Assembly (NCBI GenBank): GCA_964016885.1
Contig: OZ024741.1
Location: 391,840,001 to 391,904,000 of the forward strand
Direction of reading: 5' to 3'
DNA: 64,000 nt
DNA from: Eledone cirrhosa
Lineage: Eukaryota
Shown here: one piece after another, positions 53,101-64,000 of the stretch
How positions within the stretch are numbered: position 1 is the first letter of the stretch
Layout: each line of letters starts with the position of its first letter
Notes under the pieces: model-generated
What the model was told of the DNA's origin: nothing
Seen by the model: only the letters and a program-made list of their open reading frames with translations
Database searches by the model: none
Program-made: the position numbers and the translations under genes

Positions 53101-56100
53101 CACCTAGAAAGTTTCCCTTCGAGGCACAAGTCCAGGCGATAACAGTCTTCCCTCTCCATGTCACCGATGTTGTCCAAGGGAAAAGCAAATGTTGATACAG
53201 CTTGGCATCAGTGACGTCACAGCTGAGTGAACTGGAGCAACGTGAAATAGTGTCTTCCCCAAGGAGAATCGAACTCACAACCACACGATTGTAAGCCTGA
53301 CGCTATAACCATATACACACACACAGTCGCTGACTGTATAGTTTCTACATTCTTACCATAATGTCACACTCACTATATTGTCTACACCAATTCCATATCA
53401 CAGCCACTAGCTGCAAAAAATGAACAACAAAAAAAGAAAACCCAAATAAGGATAGAGAACATACCAGCTACAAATACTGAATCATGTTGACATCTGATAG
53501 AATCACAACTACAAGACTGTGTGGGAATTTGTGGAGGAAATTTGTAAACCCTAAACAAAGAAAAAGAAGAAAAAATAAGAAACTGATGTGAATTAAATTT
53601 TATTATTTCAAGTGTACAAAATTGGCAAAACTACTGAGTAGAGACTTTATATAATTGTTTAGTCTGTGTACTCTCTTATTCTGAATATCTCTTGGAAAGG
53701 ACACCCAACCTAACAAAAATGCACTGTCAGCTTTTTGCAATCACTGATGTCATTAGAGAGATGCATGCATATTGCAGAACGTGGTCCTCCCCGATCTCAC
53801 TTGTCTCATAATACAACAACCCATCTAACCCATGCAAGTGTGGAAAATGAACATTAAACGATGGTGATGATTGCTAGAGAATTAAGCAGGAACTCATTAG
53901 TGATATACTTCTATGGACACCATGACATTCATCCATATGTATTTTACAGTACACTGCTGGAAAGCTAAACTAGAACTCATGAGGGATATATTCCATGACA
54001 TGGATATACATGGGTTGGCCATCTAGCAAAATCCTTCATCGACCAGCTCTGTATGGAAATAGGCTGTTGCCTTGCTGACATTTGAAATGCAATGAATGAC
54101 CGTTAAACGTGACAAGATTTACTCAGATAAATCCAAGCATTCTTGACCAGACTCCTCTTACTGGCCCTACTCATACAGTATCCATTCTACCAGTGTATAT
54201 AACTACTTTTGGGTCCTAAATAATAAGGGAGGAATAAGCAGGGGAGGGGTTAGAAAATCGTTAATTTTTCAAGGTCGTCTGTTGAATTTTTAAAAAACCC
54301 AAATTAGTCATTTAGTTTACAATCCATCTTATTTATTTTATAATGTATGGGATTTCTAGTAATGTATTTTTGGAAGGGGGATCTGAAAAAATAATTACAA
54401 AATTTCCATGCAATAAGCTCCAATTAGTTGTGGCCAAGATCTTTCATTAAAAATCTTTAGTAAAATGTATTTAGCTTGTGTCACGTCAGCTGGACAGAAC
54501 TATGAGTATGTAAAGATGCAACATGGCAATCCAGTTAAGCACAATCTCAATCTAACTCTCAACAGATTAAAACATCTTGCAGCCAATGAGATAAAAATTA
54601 TCATAGTACAAAAACTGTAGGTTGCTGTCAAAATACCATGAGGTAGAGAAAAATATGGAGCAAAGTCATCTTCAACAACAAAAGATAAAACATTTGGCAC
54701 AGATATTTTAAGTTGATCGAAATCATCCCAACCTATAATACTTATAAACTCTAGCAACACTTTTATTATTGTTTTATTCAGTGAAGGAAACAGCAATGTC
54801 CATGAACCTTTTCATGTGTCTATGTCCTTGTGTATGTGTTTATATTTACGGCTTGTTTATGGCAACTTGACATAGAGATAGATAAAATAAGTACCAAACT
54901 TGAAAAATAAGAATCAGTGTTGATATAATTGATTAATTCCCTTGTAAGTGGTGCCCCAGCATGACCACAGTCTATTGAATGAAACCAGTATAAAGGATGG
55001 GAAGTTTTAGCAGAAAAAATATATTTTAAGAGCTAACTTTTCAATAATTGATCCACACAAAAATTTGTTTAATCAACAAGAATAGGAACAAACATATGAA
55101 TGTGTGTGTATGAGACCTCATATCTGTATTTATGCTTAAGCTTTGTTTATTCCTTAACATAACAAGTTGACAAATAGATTGATGAAATAAGCACCAGACA
55201 TTTAAAACTAAATACTAGAGTTAATATGATCGAATAAATCCTTTGACAATGCTGACTCAGCATGGGTGCAGTCTAAAATGACTTAAACCAGTAAAAAATA
55301 AAATTAAAAAAATAAATTACAAAACAACCAAAAATAAGTAAGTCACTTACCTTTGATAAATAGTATTAACCGTTTCAGATACTGCCTTGGCAACATTTGC
55401 ACGACTAAACATCTCCCAGTCTCCCTGGAGGAAGAATACAAAGATTGAGAAGTCAGTTTGGATAAACAGCAATTAAATTGTAATGTCCTGTACCACATGA
55501 AACTGCATTAGCAAGTTATTCTTCTTCTTAGTCCACTTATTCCTAAGAGGGTCGTGGGGGCAGAGTCCTTAAACTCACCTTCCAGTGGGTCCAGTCAGAA
55601 GCAACTGTTTCCAACTGATCTGGCTGGACCCCAAAGCAAGACCAGTCAAGCTCATGGATGTTATCCAACCATCTTGCTCGGGGTCTACCCCTGGCTCTCC
55701 TGATGGTTGGTTCTTGCCCATAAAAACTGTCCTGCGATTCTTTCTTGAGACATTCTAACCACATGCCCATAGTATTGAAGCTATGATCTCTCAATTCAGA
55801 GTAGTGGCTCTACCTGGAGTGAGTCTCCAATCTACGCACTTCATCGAGTAATGTTACTCCAAAGACCTTTCAGAGGAATCCCATTTTGGCTGCTTGTATT
55901 CGCCATCGTATTTTTTTGGTTATTACCCAAGATTCATGACCATAGGTAAGGGTTGGCACAAATACCAAATCAAAGATAGCAAGCCATTCTTGAAAAGTAT
56001 AAAACAGCTCTATGACTGCATCACATTAAAAATTTAAGTCTTCTCTTTAATACTGCAAATTTTAGCAACAGTCAGTCCAATAGTAAATATACTATAAACA

Positions 56101-59100
56101 TTTTTATTAACCAACCCATTTTTAGATATTTTCTGCTAAATCATTACAGGATCTTAAGAGTTAATAGATCACTTGGATTATAAGCAGTTAACTCTTAACA
56201 TCTTGTAATCATTTAGCAGAAAATATCTAAAAACTAGTTTGTTAATTCAAACGTTTATAATATCTATATTAGTGGACAGATTGTTGTGAAACTTTGCAGT
56301 ATTTGATAGAGTAAAGACTTTAATTTTTAATGTGACAGTGCTATTTGTTATGTAATGGGGTCATAGTCGCTGCAGATTATTATTATATTGAAGCTATGTA
56401 ATATGATGCTTGCAGCCCAATACTATCCCTCATCTCCAAACCAGTAACTGGTTCAGGTTTGTGTTTGATTTAGTTGAGGACAGAGTTAGACGGACATGCA
56501 TGGTTTAGCTCTTCTTTGTTCACATCTGACTACACTGGAGAAGCTATATTTTCGCCTTTTGTGGAAGGGACAGGTCCCACTGATCAGACAGTCCATTGGC
56601 TGCCAACACCTGCTCCATGGAAGACTGGGCATGCTGTGGCTGATGTGCTGAGGCTACAACATATCCAACTCTTCTTTGACGGTGAACAGCTCATCTCCTT
56701 GAAGGAGCTGTAGTCCCAGGTCAAGTGAAGACAAAAAGAAAGTGCTTGAAGACTGGAATGTCTTCAAGCGCTTACAGCCCTCTGCCAATCGAGCAGTACA
56801 ATCAGTGGAGACTCCACTTTGGTGTTCTATAGAGGGTTAGTGGAGGGTAAAAGCGACAACGTTCTTAGGGAGACTCTGGGTGTTAACGATGATCAACTAG
56901 TCAATCTTTTCCAGAGAACTTTTAGCCCAGGACCCATGGATAACTTCCAGAAATCCCTAGCCGGACAGTGCTACAAGGAAGCATTGCCAGTTCGAGATGA
57001 ACTCAACAGCATTGCTGACAAGTGGGTTTATGTCAAACACCTGCTATCACATGTAGGATCGATCTAATTATCAGCTGAGTCCTTCATGAAGATTGCCTGC
57101 AGTCTTCCTTTAGCCGAGAAAGGCAGGCAGTTTTTATCTGCCTGGTTGCCATGGCAAAAAAGGTTGTATGATTGACATGTCTGAAAGAGTTGAAGACAAG
57201 CACTTTCCTCTTTAGTGAAGCCCTGTTTAACTTTTTCAGGTATCACTTGAAGAGTAAAATCAGGGTGGAGAGGGAGGTGTTATCTTCCAAGCAGTTTGTT
57301 GAAAGGTGGGGGGAGATTGGCGAACATGTGAATGAGCCTGCTCTGAGGGTGCACTGGTAAATTGGAAGGGGAAGACTAGGAGAGGGCACTTCCCCTAACA
57401 TTCAGGGTGACTGTGGTTTTTTGTGGGCTTTCTCCATGTGTGACCCTTCAAAGTCCACACCTTGGGGAATTTATCTTGTTTGATGTTTTATGTTTTCCTT
57501 GTTTTTTGTTAAAACTTAGTTTACATGCTAAAACCCATACTGTACCATCCTTAATGTTTTCTTTATGCGAGTCCTGCATGGCTAATGAAGAAATAAATAT
57601 TGCTATTATTATTATTATTACGTTCTGAGTTCAAATCCCACAGAGGTCAGCTTTGCCTTTCATCCTTACATGGTTAATAGAATAAAGTACCAGTAATGCA
57701 CATATAGGGTTGATTTAATAGACTCCTCCCCCTCTCCCCAGATTGTTAGCTTTGAGCCTAAATCAGAAACGGTGAATTGGCAGTATCGGTAGAGGGTTAG
57801 ACGCCATGCTTTCTAGCATAGTTACGTCCCTTTAAAGTCTGAGTTCAAATCCCGCCGAGGTTAACTTTGCCTTTCATCCTTACAGGGTCGATAAAATACC
57901 AGTAATGTACTGGGTAATTACTGGCCTTGTGCCTAAAGTAGAAACAATTATTATTAGTGCTAGTATTAGTAGTAGCAGCTGCAGTAGTAGTAACAATATT
58001 AGTAGTAATAAGATATGGAATCAATCACCTTCTTGGTCTTCCTTTTACGGAAGATATCTGGATGAAGATCAGTTCTGAAAAGGAGAAGAAAAAATATAAA
58101 TGGTTTTAATGGTGAGAAAATGGTGAGAGGAAATCAAGGATTCAAGTATATTTACATAGAATGGTTTAATCATTATAACATTATAACACACATCATTTTT
58201 TATGGATTTTATATCATCCGGCAGCCTCAGCCGAAATGGACTCAACAATTGATCTCCACGTGGGTTTGTCGTTCATTGCTGTTGCCAAGTCCTGCATTTC
58301 AACACCAGAATCTCTGGAGATGAATCGGGGTAGGAGAGCTTGCGGCCCCTGTTATTAGTGACTGCTTGTGGTTTCCAAAGCACTAATGGGGACACAGCCT
58401 CATAGGTGGCACGATGGCAGTGGCCAGCAAATCTTACTACTCTCCTCTTACGTACAATGATAGATATGCGTGGGAGGCATATATCTCTTTCAAAGTCAGA
58501 TGTCACCAGCTTATGTTCTGAATGCATTGAAGCAGGCGAGTGTAAGTATCATGAAGGTGCTTTTGTTGTTTGGATGAAAGCGTCCATATATAGCTTCCAT
58601 ATAGCAAGATGGGTTGAATTGTTACTTGGAAGAGTCTGATCTTGGTGTGGTTGGAAAGATTTGAGCGCCAAACTCAATCCATCTTGTTGCAAGCTGACCA
58701 TGCTTGGGTCTTTCTGGTGGCGAAATCCTTCTCAGAGTCTATGATCCAGGACCCAATATACTTGAAATCCTTGACTTGCTTGATATCACCGCCATTGATT
58801 GCTTTGATGCTGTTGCCTGTACAGTTTGAGATGTACTCTGTTTTACCCTCATTAAGATGAAGGCCAACAAGGGTGGCTGCTTCCTGGAGAGATGTCAAAA
58901 GTTGTTGCGCATTTTCTAGGCAATCTGCAAGAAGTGCAATGTCATCCGTTAAGTCAAGGTCAGTGAGATATTTAGAGGGGTGCCTAGAGCTCATGCAGGG
59001 TTTGTTGGTTATACCTTTGTTATTGATTTTGTCAATCGAGAGTCTCAGGGTGTAGTCTAGTGCAACGATGAAGAGGAATGAGACAAGAGTGTCACCCTGC

Positions 59101-61987
59101 AGCACACCTGCTGAGATGTCAAAGAACTCTGTTGGGCCATCAGGAGTGATGATGACTTGTGTTGAGATACAGAGCCTTATTTGCTTCCACAAGTCTCGCT
59201 GGGATGCCATACAAGGGTAGAATTTCAAACAGAATGTTTATGCTGTCAAAAGCTTTTCTAAAGTCAACAAAAAACAAGAGCCATTTGTCTGATTTTATAT
59301 ATCTATATACTTATAAAAAGGAAGTTAGTTTGTTTCTACGTGATCTAATGTGATCTCCAACAAGCTGTCGACTTATTTTCCGAAAACGGAATGGGGTGAC
59401 CAGTTGGGGGAGAATTTAATTATTTTTAGCTGTCTGTTCGTTTGTCATGCTATCTATATATAGAGAGTGAAACACTACTCCACCTCTCACTCAATCTGCC
59501 TCTCCCTCTCTCTAACTAAACCTTTTCTGTGTTTTTATTTGTTGTCGGCCAATCTGACTCACTCGCCAACGAATCCTTTTTCCGAAAATCTCTCTATCTT
59601 ACTTAATGTCTCTCTTTATGTCTTTCTCTCTATCTTTCTATTTCCATGTCTTTCTCTCCCTCTATATATGTGTCTTTTTCAATATATCTCTTCTTCCTAT
59701 ATATATAAATCTTTTCTTTCTCTCTGAGAGAGAGATACATATACAGATAGAGAGAAAAAGAAAGAGAGAGACATATATATACTCGCATGCACACACATCT
59801 ATATATGTATAATACTTATAAAATGGAAGTTTGTTTGTACATTGACCACTAATAACACTAAATAAAATTGGTTATAATGTTTTTCATGTGTTTTCAGACC
59901 TCCAACCTGTTCATAACTGACTTTTCTCCAAAAACAGAACAGGGAGGACTCTCGAATTTTCCCAGAGATTTTTTCTGTTGGAATTTTTATCTTTTCAAGG
60001 TTTTTTCGTTTGTTTTCGAATGATCTAACATCTGACATACTCACCAACTACTCCTTTTTCTGAAAACGGAGGCAGGGAAGGGAGTGGGGACCCTTGGAGT
60101 TACAAATAGGCACTTCTCAGCCGTTTAAATTTATAGAAAAGCACCAGTGGGGATTGCAAAGAAATATATTTTCCTAGGTTTTTTCCATGTTTTCAACTAA
60201 TCTGACCTTCAACTAATCACCTTTTTCGAAAATGGAATAGGGGGGACCTTCAGATTTTCCCAGTCTCTGAGATTTCTTCAATGTGAATAACAAAGGCGGG
60301 AAGGGAGGGGAACACTCAGAGTCACAGATAAGCACCTCTCAGCTGTTTAAATTTATAGAAAAGCAATCCCTTGATACTGAAGGATGTTTTGATCCTTCAT
60401 CATTTTGTATTGTTGTGGAAAGCATTGTAAACTTAATTAATTAAGTGTTCCCCAATTTCCAAATCCACCATTCCAATGAAGAGTGGTAGTGTGAAAATGC
60501 AATCCTTGACCTCAAAAACATCACAGTGAATGCCATCAACAAAATCCCTCTCAAATGATCCCTGGAGGTAGCCAGACTTATAAATCAATAAACAAAGTTG
60601 TTGACATGGATGAAGCTGTTCATTATTCTCAACAGTCTGGAACCATCCGGTATGCTGCCACACAATCTTGAATTGAAGAAGGGCACATGTATGGTTGTGA
60701 CTGAACTAAAGCCTCACATTATCGAATCCAAAATCCTCACTGGATGTGGTAAGAGAGACATCGCATTTAAACCTAGAATACTGTTAATACCAACTGATGT
60801 CGCTTATCATTTCAGATGATTGCAATTCTGAGTTAGTTATGCAATTAGGTCAAAGAGGGCTGTTTCTCATATGGTCAATTGTATGTAGATTATTCCAGAC
60901 TAAGAAGATCTCACAAACTATTCATATAAGCTCCAAAGAAAAAAATTAAAAACATTGTTTATACTGAAATTCTGTAAATATTTTATCATTTTCATAGAAT
61001 ATGTTTTTGTTACTTTTGTTACTACTTTCTATATCTAGATATTCTAAATAAATTTTTTAAATTATGTTACTCAATACCTAAATACATTTTAACATCTTTT
61101 ATTCTAAGGAAAATGGACATTACGACAGATGACAATAGGTACCTTATGAGTAGATTTGAGTACAATACAGACCGGGGCGAAGGTCAGGAGGCTGCTAGTA
61201 TATATATATTTTCTATTTCATCTTTTATTTCTCATTCTAAATTCTGATGAAGGACTAGTGTCCGAAATGTGAAGATTCCTTTCCTGCTATATCAAGTGTT
61301 AAACTAATATATTTCTTTAGCAATTAACACATAAGGCCAAATATTATTGTATAACATGTTTTCTTTGGTTAGAATGGATGGAATGATTTTTGTCATTTTA
61401 AATTGTTACATGCAGATGGATACTTGGAACTTTTTCACTGCAGTACGCTATGAAGTAGGGTAGATTCTATGTGAAAATTTAATAAAGGGACTTACTGTAT
61501 ATACTCATATATAAGCCAAGAAATATGTGACAATAAAATTGATAGTAAAATGGAGGGGTCAGCTTATATTTGAGGTTAATATTTTGCCAATTTTCACCAA
61601 CTTCAAAATTCTACATAAATGAGGTGCTAAAATATTTTTGCTTTTGAGGTGAATATGACACCGGTTTCACTTTTGACATGAAATTCGTATTTCTTATTGT
61701 TTTTGAAATGTTGTGAATGAATATGGCCTTCATAACAGTCAGAAATTGGTAAAATTTCATTATGTAATAGAGTTGTGAAACAAAAACTATACTCTAAACG
61801 ACACTTAAAACATTTAAAATATCAAAATATTAAAACTTCATGAGAATTTCAAACTACACCACCTAAACACATGTTGATTAACTTCCTCAGCTTACAAACA
61901 GGATTTGGATTTTTGTCTCTTTCTCAGACATAAAATGGGGGGGGGGGGGGGGGGGGGAATCAGCTTATATAGACATACATATATACA

Positions 61988-62020
<33 letters not shown>

Positions 62021-62602
62021 TAACACAAGCATGACTCCATACAATTCATCAATACTGCATGCAGCAACGATGACAGAGAACAACAATAAAGACTTACAAG
62101 AAACTGCATTCTCTGTTGGAATGTGAATAGGTAAACGTGATGTTCAATTCAAAAGGACTCTGTGTAGAGACAAAAGGCAATATTAAAATAAAACGGACAA
62201 GTTATATCTCTGAGTTAATGACGAGCTTGTGTGTCTATTCCATCTACTTGAAATAACAGCAAAATCTCCATCAAATGACACCACCACCATCTTAGAAAAG
62301 GATATGCATCTGGAAAGTTTCTCTTAAGATGCAAGCATTTTTAGATCTTTTTTCTAAATGACCAGCAGTTGCCAATACATGAATGCCTCCCCTCTTCCCG
62401 CCACTGATGTTTTTCAAAGGAAAGGCAAGGGCTGATACAGTTTAGGACTAGTGATGTTGCAGGGGAACTTAGAATGCAAATGCTTTGATGCATTAACATC
62501 TTTCCCAATCCACTGCCCTAGACTGGTACTTTATTTATTGATCACAAAAGAATGAAAGGTAAAGTTAGCCTTGGCATAGTTTAAACTCAGAATACAAAGA
62601 AC

Positions 62603-62651
<49 letters not shown>

Positions 62652-63640
62652 TATGTGTGTGTGAATTTGTTTTTTCTACATGTCTTTATACTTGACACTA
62701 TTTGGGCAGACAGTAATGTTTGTTTGTCCTTCATAAACAATATTTCCCACAGTTTAACAATTCGACATGTAATGTTTATTAGTGAACAAATACCTTGCTT
62801 CAAAAAACAGGAAAGGCATCCTGTCATAGAAACTGTCACAAAATGTCTCATCTCAGCCATACCAGCATGGAAAAGTGGACATAAAAACTTGGTCAGAAAG
62901 TGCTGCCAGATGACTTTACCAGCTCAAGAAAACCTTACAGGTACAGTAGAGCTGTAAATCAGATGTGTACGAGATGTAGGGAGTACAACAAAACCATCAG
63001 CCATACACATGTTTAATATTTGACTATTACTAACATGTAGAGTTATGTTTAACTGTTGTTATGAATAGGATGGATCCTGTTGTCAGCTGAGTCTCTCATA
63101 GAGTTGATCCCTCAGCCATCAACATATAGGAATACTGAAAACCATAGCTATCCATGTAATCCTACCCTAGAATTAACCAAGAAAGTAACCTTTACATAGT
63201 CATTTGTTCTGCTAAAAATAGCAACCAGCTTATAAGAAGGCTTGAAACCATAGCCAGTTATATAAACGTCTAGAATAAATCAAAGGCGAGCCTCTACAGA
63301 GTCATTTGACCTGCTAAAAATAGTAACTAATCCACCTGCAAATCACACCATAATGTCTTTAAAAAATGTAAAGGACATATTGGATGTAATCAAAAGCAGA
63401 ATGGTCACTGCTGGAGTACTTTTCATTAGAAGTCTGCTCAATCAGCAATTTAAACAAGAAAGATAGCATGTCTGGAGGAATACTAAGTAGTTAATAGTTT
63501 GGGGAAATGCATATGGAAAAAATGTTACCTTCATATAGAAAGGTGCACCGAGAGCATCAGCTAATATAGGTCCATTCTGCCATTTCCATACTTCTTTGAT
63601 AGCTGGGATATCATCATCTGAGATACCATGGTACATAGCA
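38088..63640 (-). CDS. PUS10: tRNA pseudouridine synthase Pus10, last 14 coding exons; 5' exons outside the window
   Basis: The spliced exons translate in phase to ..IKEVWKW..SPFELNITF..FSRANVAKAV..HDSVFVAGRYNKYSRFLSQTPWLIEG..FSASGREDVDVKMLGNGRPFVIELIN..VRDLQ..LKEGEIDKTKSYSALCW..QKTPVRVLHRRPLASRKR..LSTQAGTYVKEFVHGDFGRTQPN..DILELDVVSVDVDWPKRLDQ*. These are the Pus10 signature motifs, including the catalytic GRED. Confidence 0.97.
38660..38759 (-). CDS. PUS10: PUS10 exon
   Basis: atcag|(T)YVKEFVHGDFGRTQPNLSCLFKTDCDILELDVV|gtaaga. Confidence 0.96.
38760..40253 (-). other. PUS10: U12-type (minor spliceosome) GT-AG intron of PUS10, 1494 bp
   Basis: 5' splice site GTATCCTTTT. Branch site TTCTTTAAC at 38783-38775 lies ~15 nt before the CAG acceptor, with no polypyrimidine tract. 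Confidence 0.9.
40254..40352 (-). CDS. PUS10: PUS10 exon
   Basis: tttcag|(R)RPLASRKRLIHFMSATKVNDNHFRINLSTQAG(T)|gtatcctt. Confidence 0.96.
40780..44472 (+). mobile_element. near full-length RTE-clade LINE (copy C), APE-RT-PHD-like, inactivated
   Basis: The 414-aa APE ORF 41139-42383 (GTINVG, CVQETRW, SAYAPQ, GDFNGH, SQIDFI, SQHSLV) is followed by in-frame RT segments broken by stops at 42381, 43059, 43464, 43674 and 44004. The 3' UTR ends in a (GAC)n-like tail before (TA)n; the 5' boundary is approximate. Confidence 0.96.
44565..44692. repeat. near-perfect hairpin: 61-bp arms, 1 mismatch, 6-nt loop (Penelope-like inverted terminus)
   Basis: 44565-44625 is the reverse complement of 44632-44692 except at one position. 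Confidence 0.95.
44625..44677 (+). ncRNA. type I hammerhead ribozyme-like motif
   Basis: Stem I GAGATTC/GAATCTC; core CTGATGA; stem II TTC-TAAA-GAA with a T.T pair at its base; GAAA; stem III ACAG/CTGT; GTA cleavage triplet. Confidence 0.65.
44709..44850 (+). mobile_element. tRNA-derived SINE
   Basis: A-box-like TGGCTTAGTAG, B-box-like GTTCAATTC, and the same body as 28008. Confidence 0.75.
46493..46536 (-). CDS. PUS10: PUS10 exon
   Basis: ttatag|DLAILQKTPVRVLH(R)|gtaagc. Confidence 0.95.
47009..47126 (-). CDS. PUS10: PUS10 exon
   Basis: ttgtag|(R)EEIGNLKEGEIDKTKSYSALCWSEKPLTEDQLNVLSTYK|gtgagt. Confidence 0.95.
48512..48567 (-). CDS. PUS10: PUS10 exon
   Basis: atttag|KINESTKHIFVRDLQAVS(R)|gtaagt. 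Confidence 0.94.
49562..49638 (-). CDS. PUS10: PUS10 exon
   Basis: tcctag|(G)RPFVIELINSKKSNFTAEDFQEMKN|gtaaga. Confidence 0.95.
50560..50616 (-). CDS. PUS10: PUS10 exon containing the catalytic Asp motif
   Basis: ttgcag|(E)CKFSASGREDVDVKMLGN(G)|gtgagt. Confidence 0.97.
50740..51352. mobile_element. MITE-family fragments (same family as the 27-28 kb arms) with an interposed SINE (~50997-51155)
   Basis: Shared blocks GTTCCAAACACCAGCTTAATAATGAGAAAG and TTAGAAATATG..AAAAGGTTAA; SINE body TGTCCTTGAGCAAGACACTTTATTTCAC. Confidence 0.65.
52328..52453 (-). CDS. PUS10: PUS10 exon
   Basis: ttttag|(G)RYNKYSRFLSQTPWLIEGVKKHETSVQELICGVLNEKFLPV|gtaagt. Confidence 0.96.
52565..53060 (+). mobile_element. 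RTE LINE 3' fragment (copy D)
   Basis: RCRALEVDGNRRVGRPKKTW.., the 3' UTR and a (GAT)n tail; the 5' junction is in (TA)n. Confidence 0.92.
53465..53550 (-). CDS. PUS10: PUS10 exon
   Basis: gtttag|(R)VYKFPPQIPTQSCSCDSIRCQHDSVFVA(G)|gtatgt. Confidence 0.94.
55351..55424 (-). CDS. PUS10: PUS10 exon
   Basis: ctccag|GDWEMFSRANVAKAVSETVNTIYQ(R)|gtaagt. Confidence 0.9.
55505..55990 (-). mobile_element. 3' fragment of the second RTE-like family
   Basis: [17 protein letters not shown]..; homologous to 29330-29820. Confidence 0.8.
56006..56372. repeat. fold-back (hairpin) MITE-like element, ~145-160 bp imperfect arms, ~23-nt loop
   Basis: TTTTTAGATATTTTCTGCTAAAT..TTAAGAGTTAA (56119-56164) pairs with TTAACTCTTAA..ATTTAGCAGAAAATATCTAAAAA (56188-56233), and pairing continues outward. 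Confidence 0.8.
56450..57600 (+). mobile_element. Tx1/L1-like LINE 3' end, decayed
   Basis: Remnants FQKSLAGQCYKEALPVRDEL and KIRVEREVLSSKQFVERW, a T-rich 3' UTR and a terminal AATAAA (~57591). The clade assignment is inference. Confidence 0.5.
58029..58074 (-). CDS. PUS10: PUS10 exon
   Basis: tttcag|(L)TDLHPDIFRKRKTKK|gtgatt; phases fit both neighbours. Confidence 0.88.
58210..59275 (-). mobile_element. non-LTR retrotransposon RT 3' fragment (third family), decayed
   Basis: FVDFRKAFDSI, GVLQGDTL..LFIVALDY, DLDLTDDIALL, KTEY, DFKYIGSWI and RFAGHCHR. Confidence 0.88.
59302..61198 (+). mobile_element. internally deleted Helitron with PIF1-type helicase C-terminal remnant (~60470-60977)
   Basis: 5' A|TCTATATACTTATAAAA. 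Helicase remnants LNSLEPSGMLPHNLELKKG, KPRILLIPTD, CFSYGQLYVDYSR and KNIVYTEIL*. Degenerate hairpin GACCGGGGCGAAGGTC, then CTAG|T at 61195-61198. Confidence 0.85.
61494..61975. mobile_element. pogo/Tigger-like MITE remnant
   Basis: Starts TACTGTATATACTCATATATAAGC; repeated GG..TCAGCTTATAT motifs at ~61556 and ~61955. Confidence 0.35.
62098..62159 (-). CDS. PUS10: PUS10 exon
   Basis: acacag|SPFELNITFTYSHSNRECSF(L)|gtaagt. Confidence 0.92.
63529..63640 (-). CDS. PUS10: PUS10 exon (most 5' exon in the window)
   Basis: gaacag|AMYHGISDDDIPAIKEVWKWQNGPILADALGAPFYMK|gtaaca; similar to Pus10 DDIVQLKEAYKW..LGVP. Confidence 0.88.
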
Positions 63641-63751
63641 CTGTTCCAATATTTCAAAAGTAAGATAAAGAAGAGTATTTCGCAAACAAAACACATTCTG
63701 AAATGCATGTCAAATCTTCTGTCTAGAAAAAGGAACCACAAGGTAATGCTT

Positions 63752-64000
63752 TATGGGTTTGGTGCTAGGAATGAGGAAGGTTTCAGGCTCCTGGAATTCT
63801 TCAATGCTAATGATCTGTAATATGAACTTCAAAAAATGAGACATCCACTTAATCACCTATAGATCAGGTGAGCACACAAGCCAGATAGATTTTATCCTTA
63901 TCAGAAGATGAGATAGAGTGATGCTTGTAAACACAAAGTCCCTCCCTGGTGAAGAACGCACTTCCCAACATAGCCTAGTAGTTAGCGACCTTATAATTAG
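63752..64000 (+). mobile_element. RTE APE fragment, continues beyond the window
   Basis: GFGARNEEGFRLLEFFNANDL..HLITYRSGEHTSQIDFILIR is homologous to 41700-41950. Confidence 0.85.

Noticed and set aside
60598-60819. Host PIF1 helicase gene
   Set aside because: Fragmentary and frame-broken, and enclosed by Helitron termini.

Overview
Eukaryotic, AT-rich, repeat-dense genomic DNA. The RTE-LINE and tRNA-derived SINE families and the (TA)n/(CAT)n microsatellites suggest a coleoid cephalopod (octopus-like), which is inference only. Two intron-rich host genes lie head-to-tail on the minus strand and are missed by the ORF track. The first is the last 14 coding exons of the tRNA pseudouridine synthase PUS10 (63640->38088), including a U12-type minor intron. 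The second is the first 4 coding exons of an RDH11/12/13-type short-chain dehydrogenase (34737->18168); its remaining exons should lie beyond position 1. Its intron 4 holds a >=9 kb, 35-bp minisatellite. Introns contain decayed RTE LINEs, a mariner, two Helitrons, a Tx1/L1-like fragment, SINEs, MITEs and Penelope-like remnants. The most interesting signals are: (i) a non-autonomous Helitron carrying an apparently intact, spliced 107-aa STPR-repeat mini-gene; (ii) a type I hammerhead-like ribozyme inside a 61-bp near-perfect hairpin; (iii) two long intronic inverted repeats that extend past the TE ends into shared flank; (iv) an in-frame TAG shared by two RTE copies between the APE and RT regions; (v) the U12 intron; and (vi) tandem copies of the PUS10 terminal exon in its own 3' UTR. 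All coordinates were read by eye; TE boundaries are approximate unless termini are quoted.
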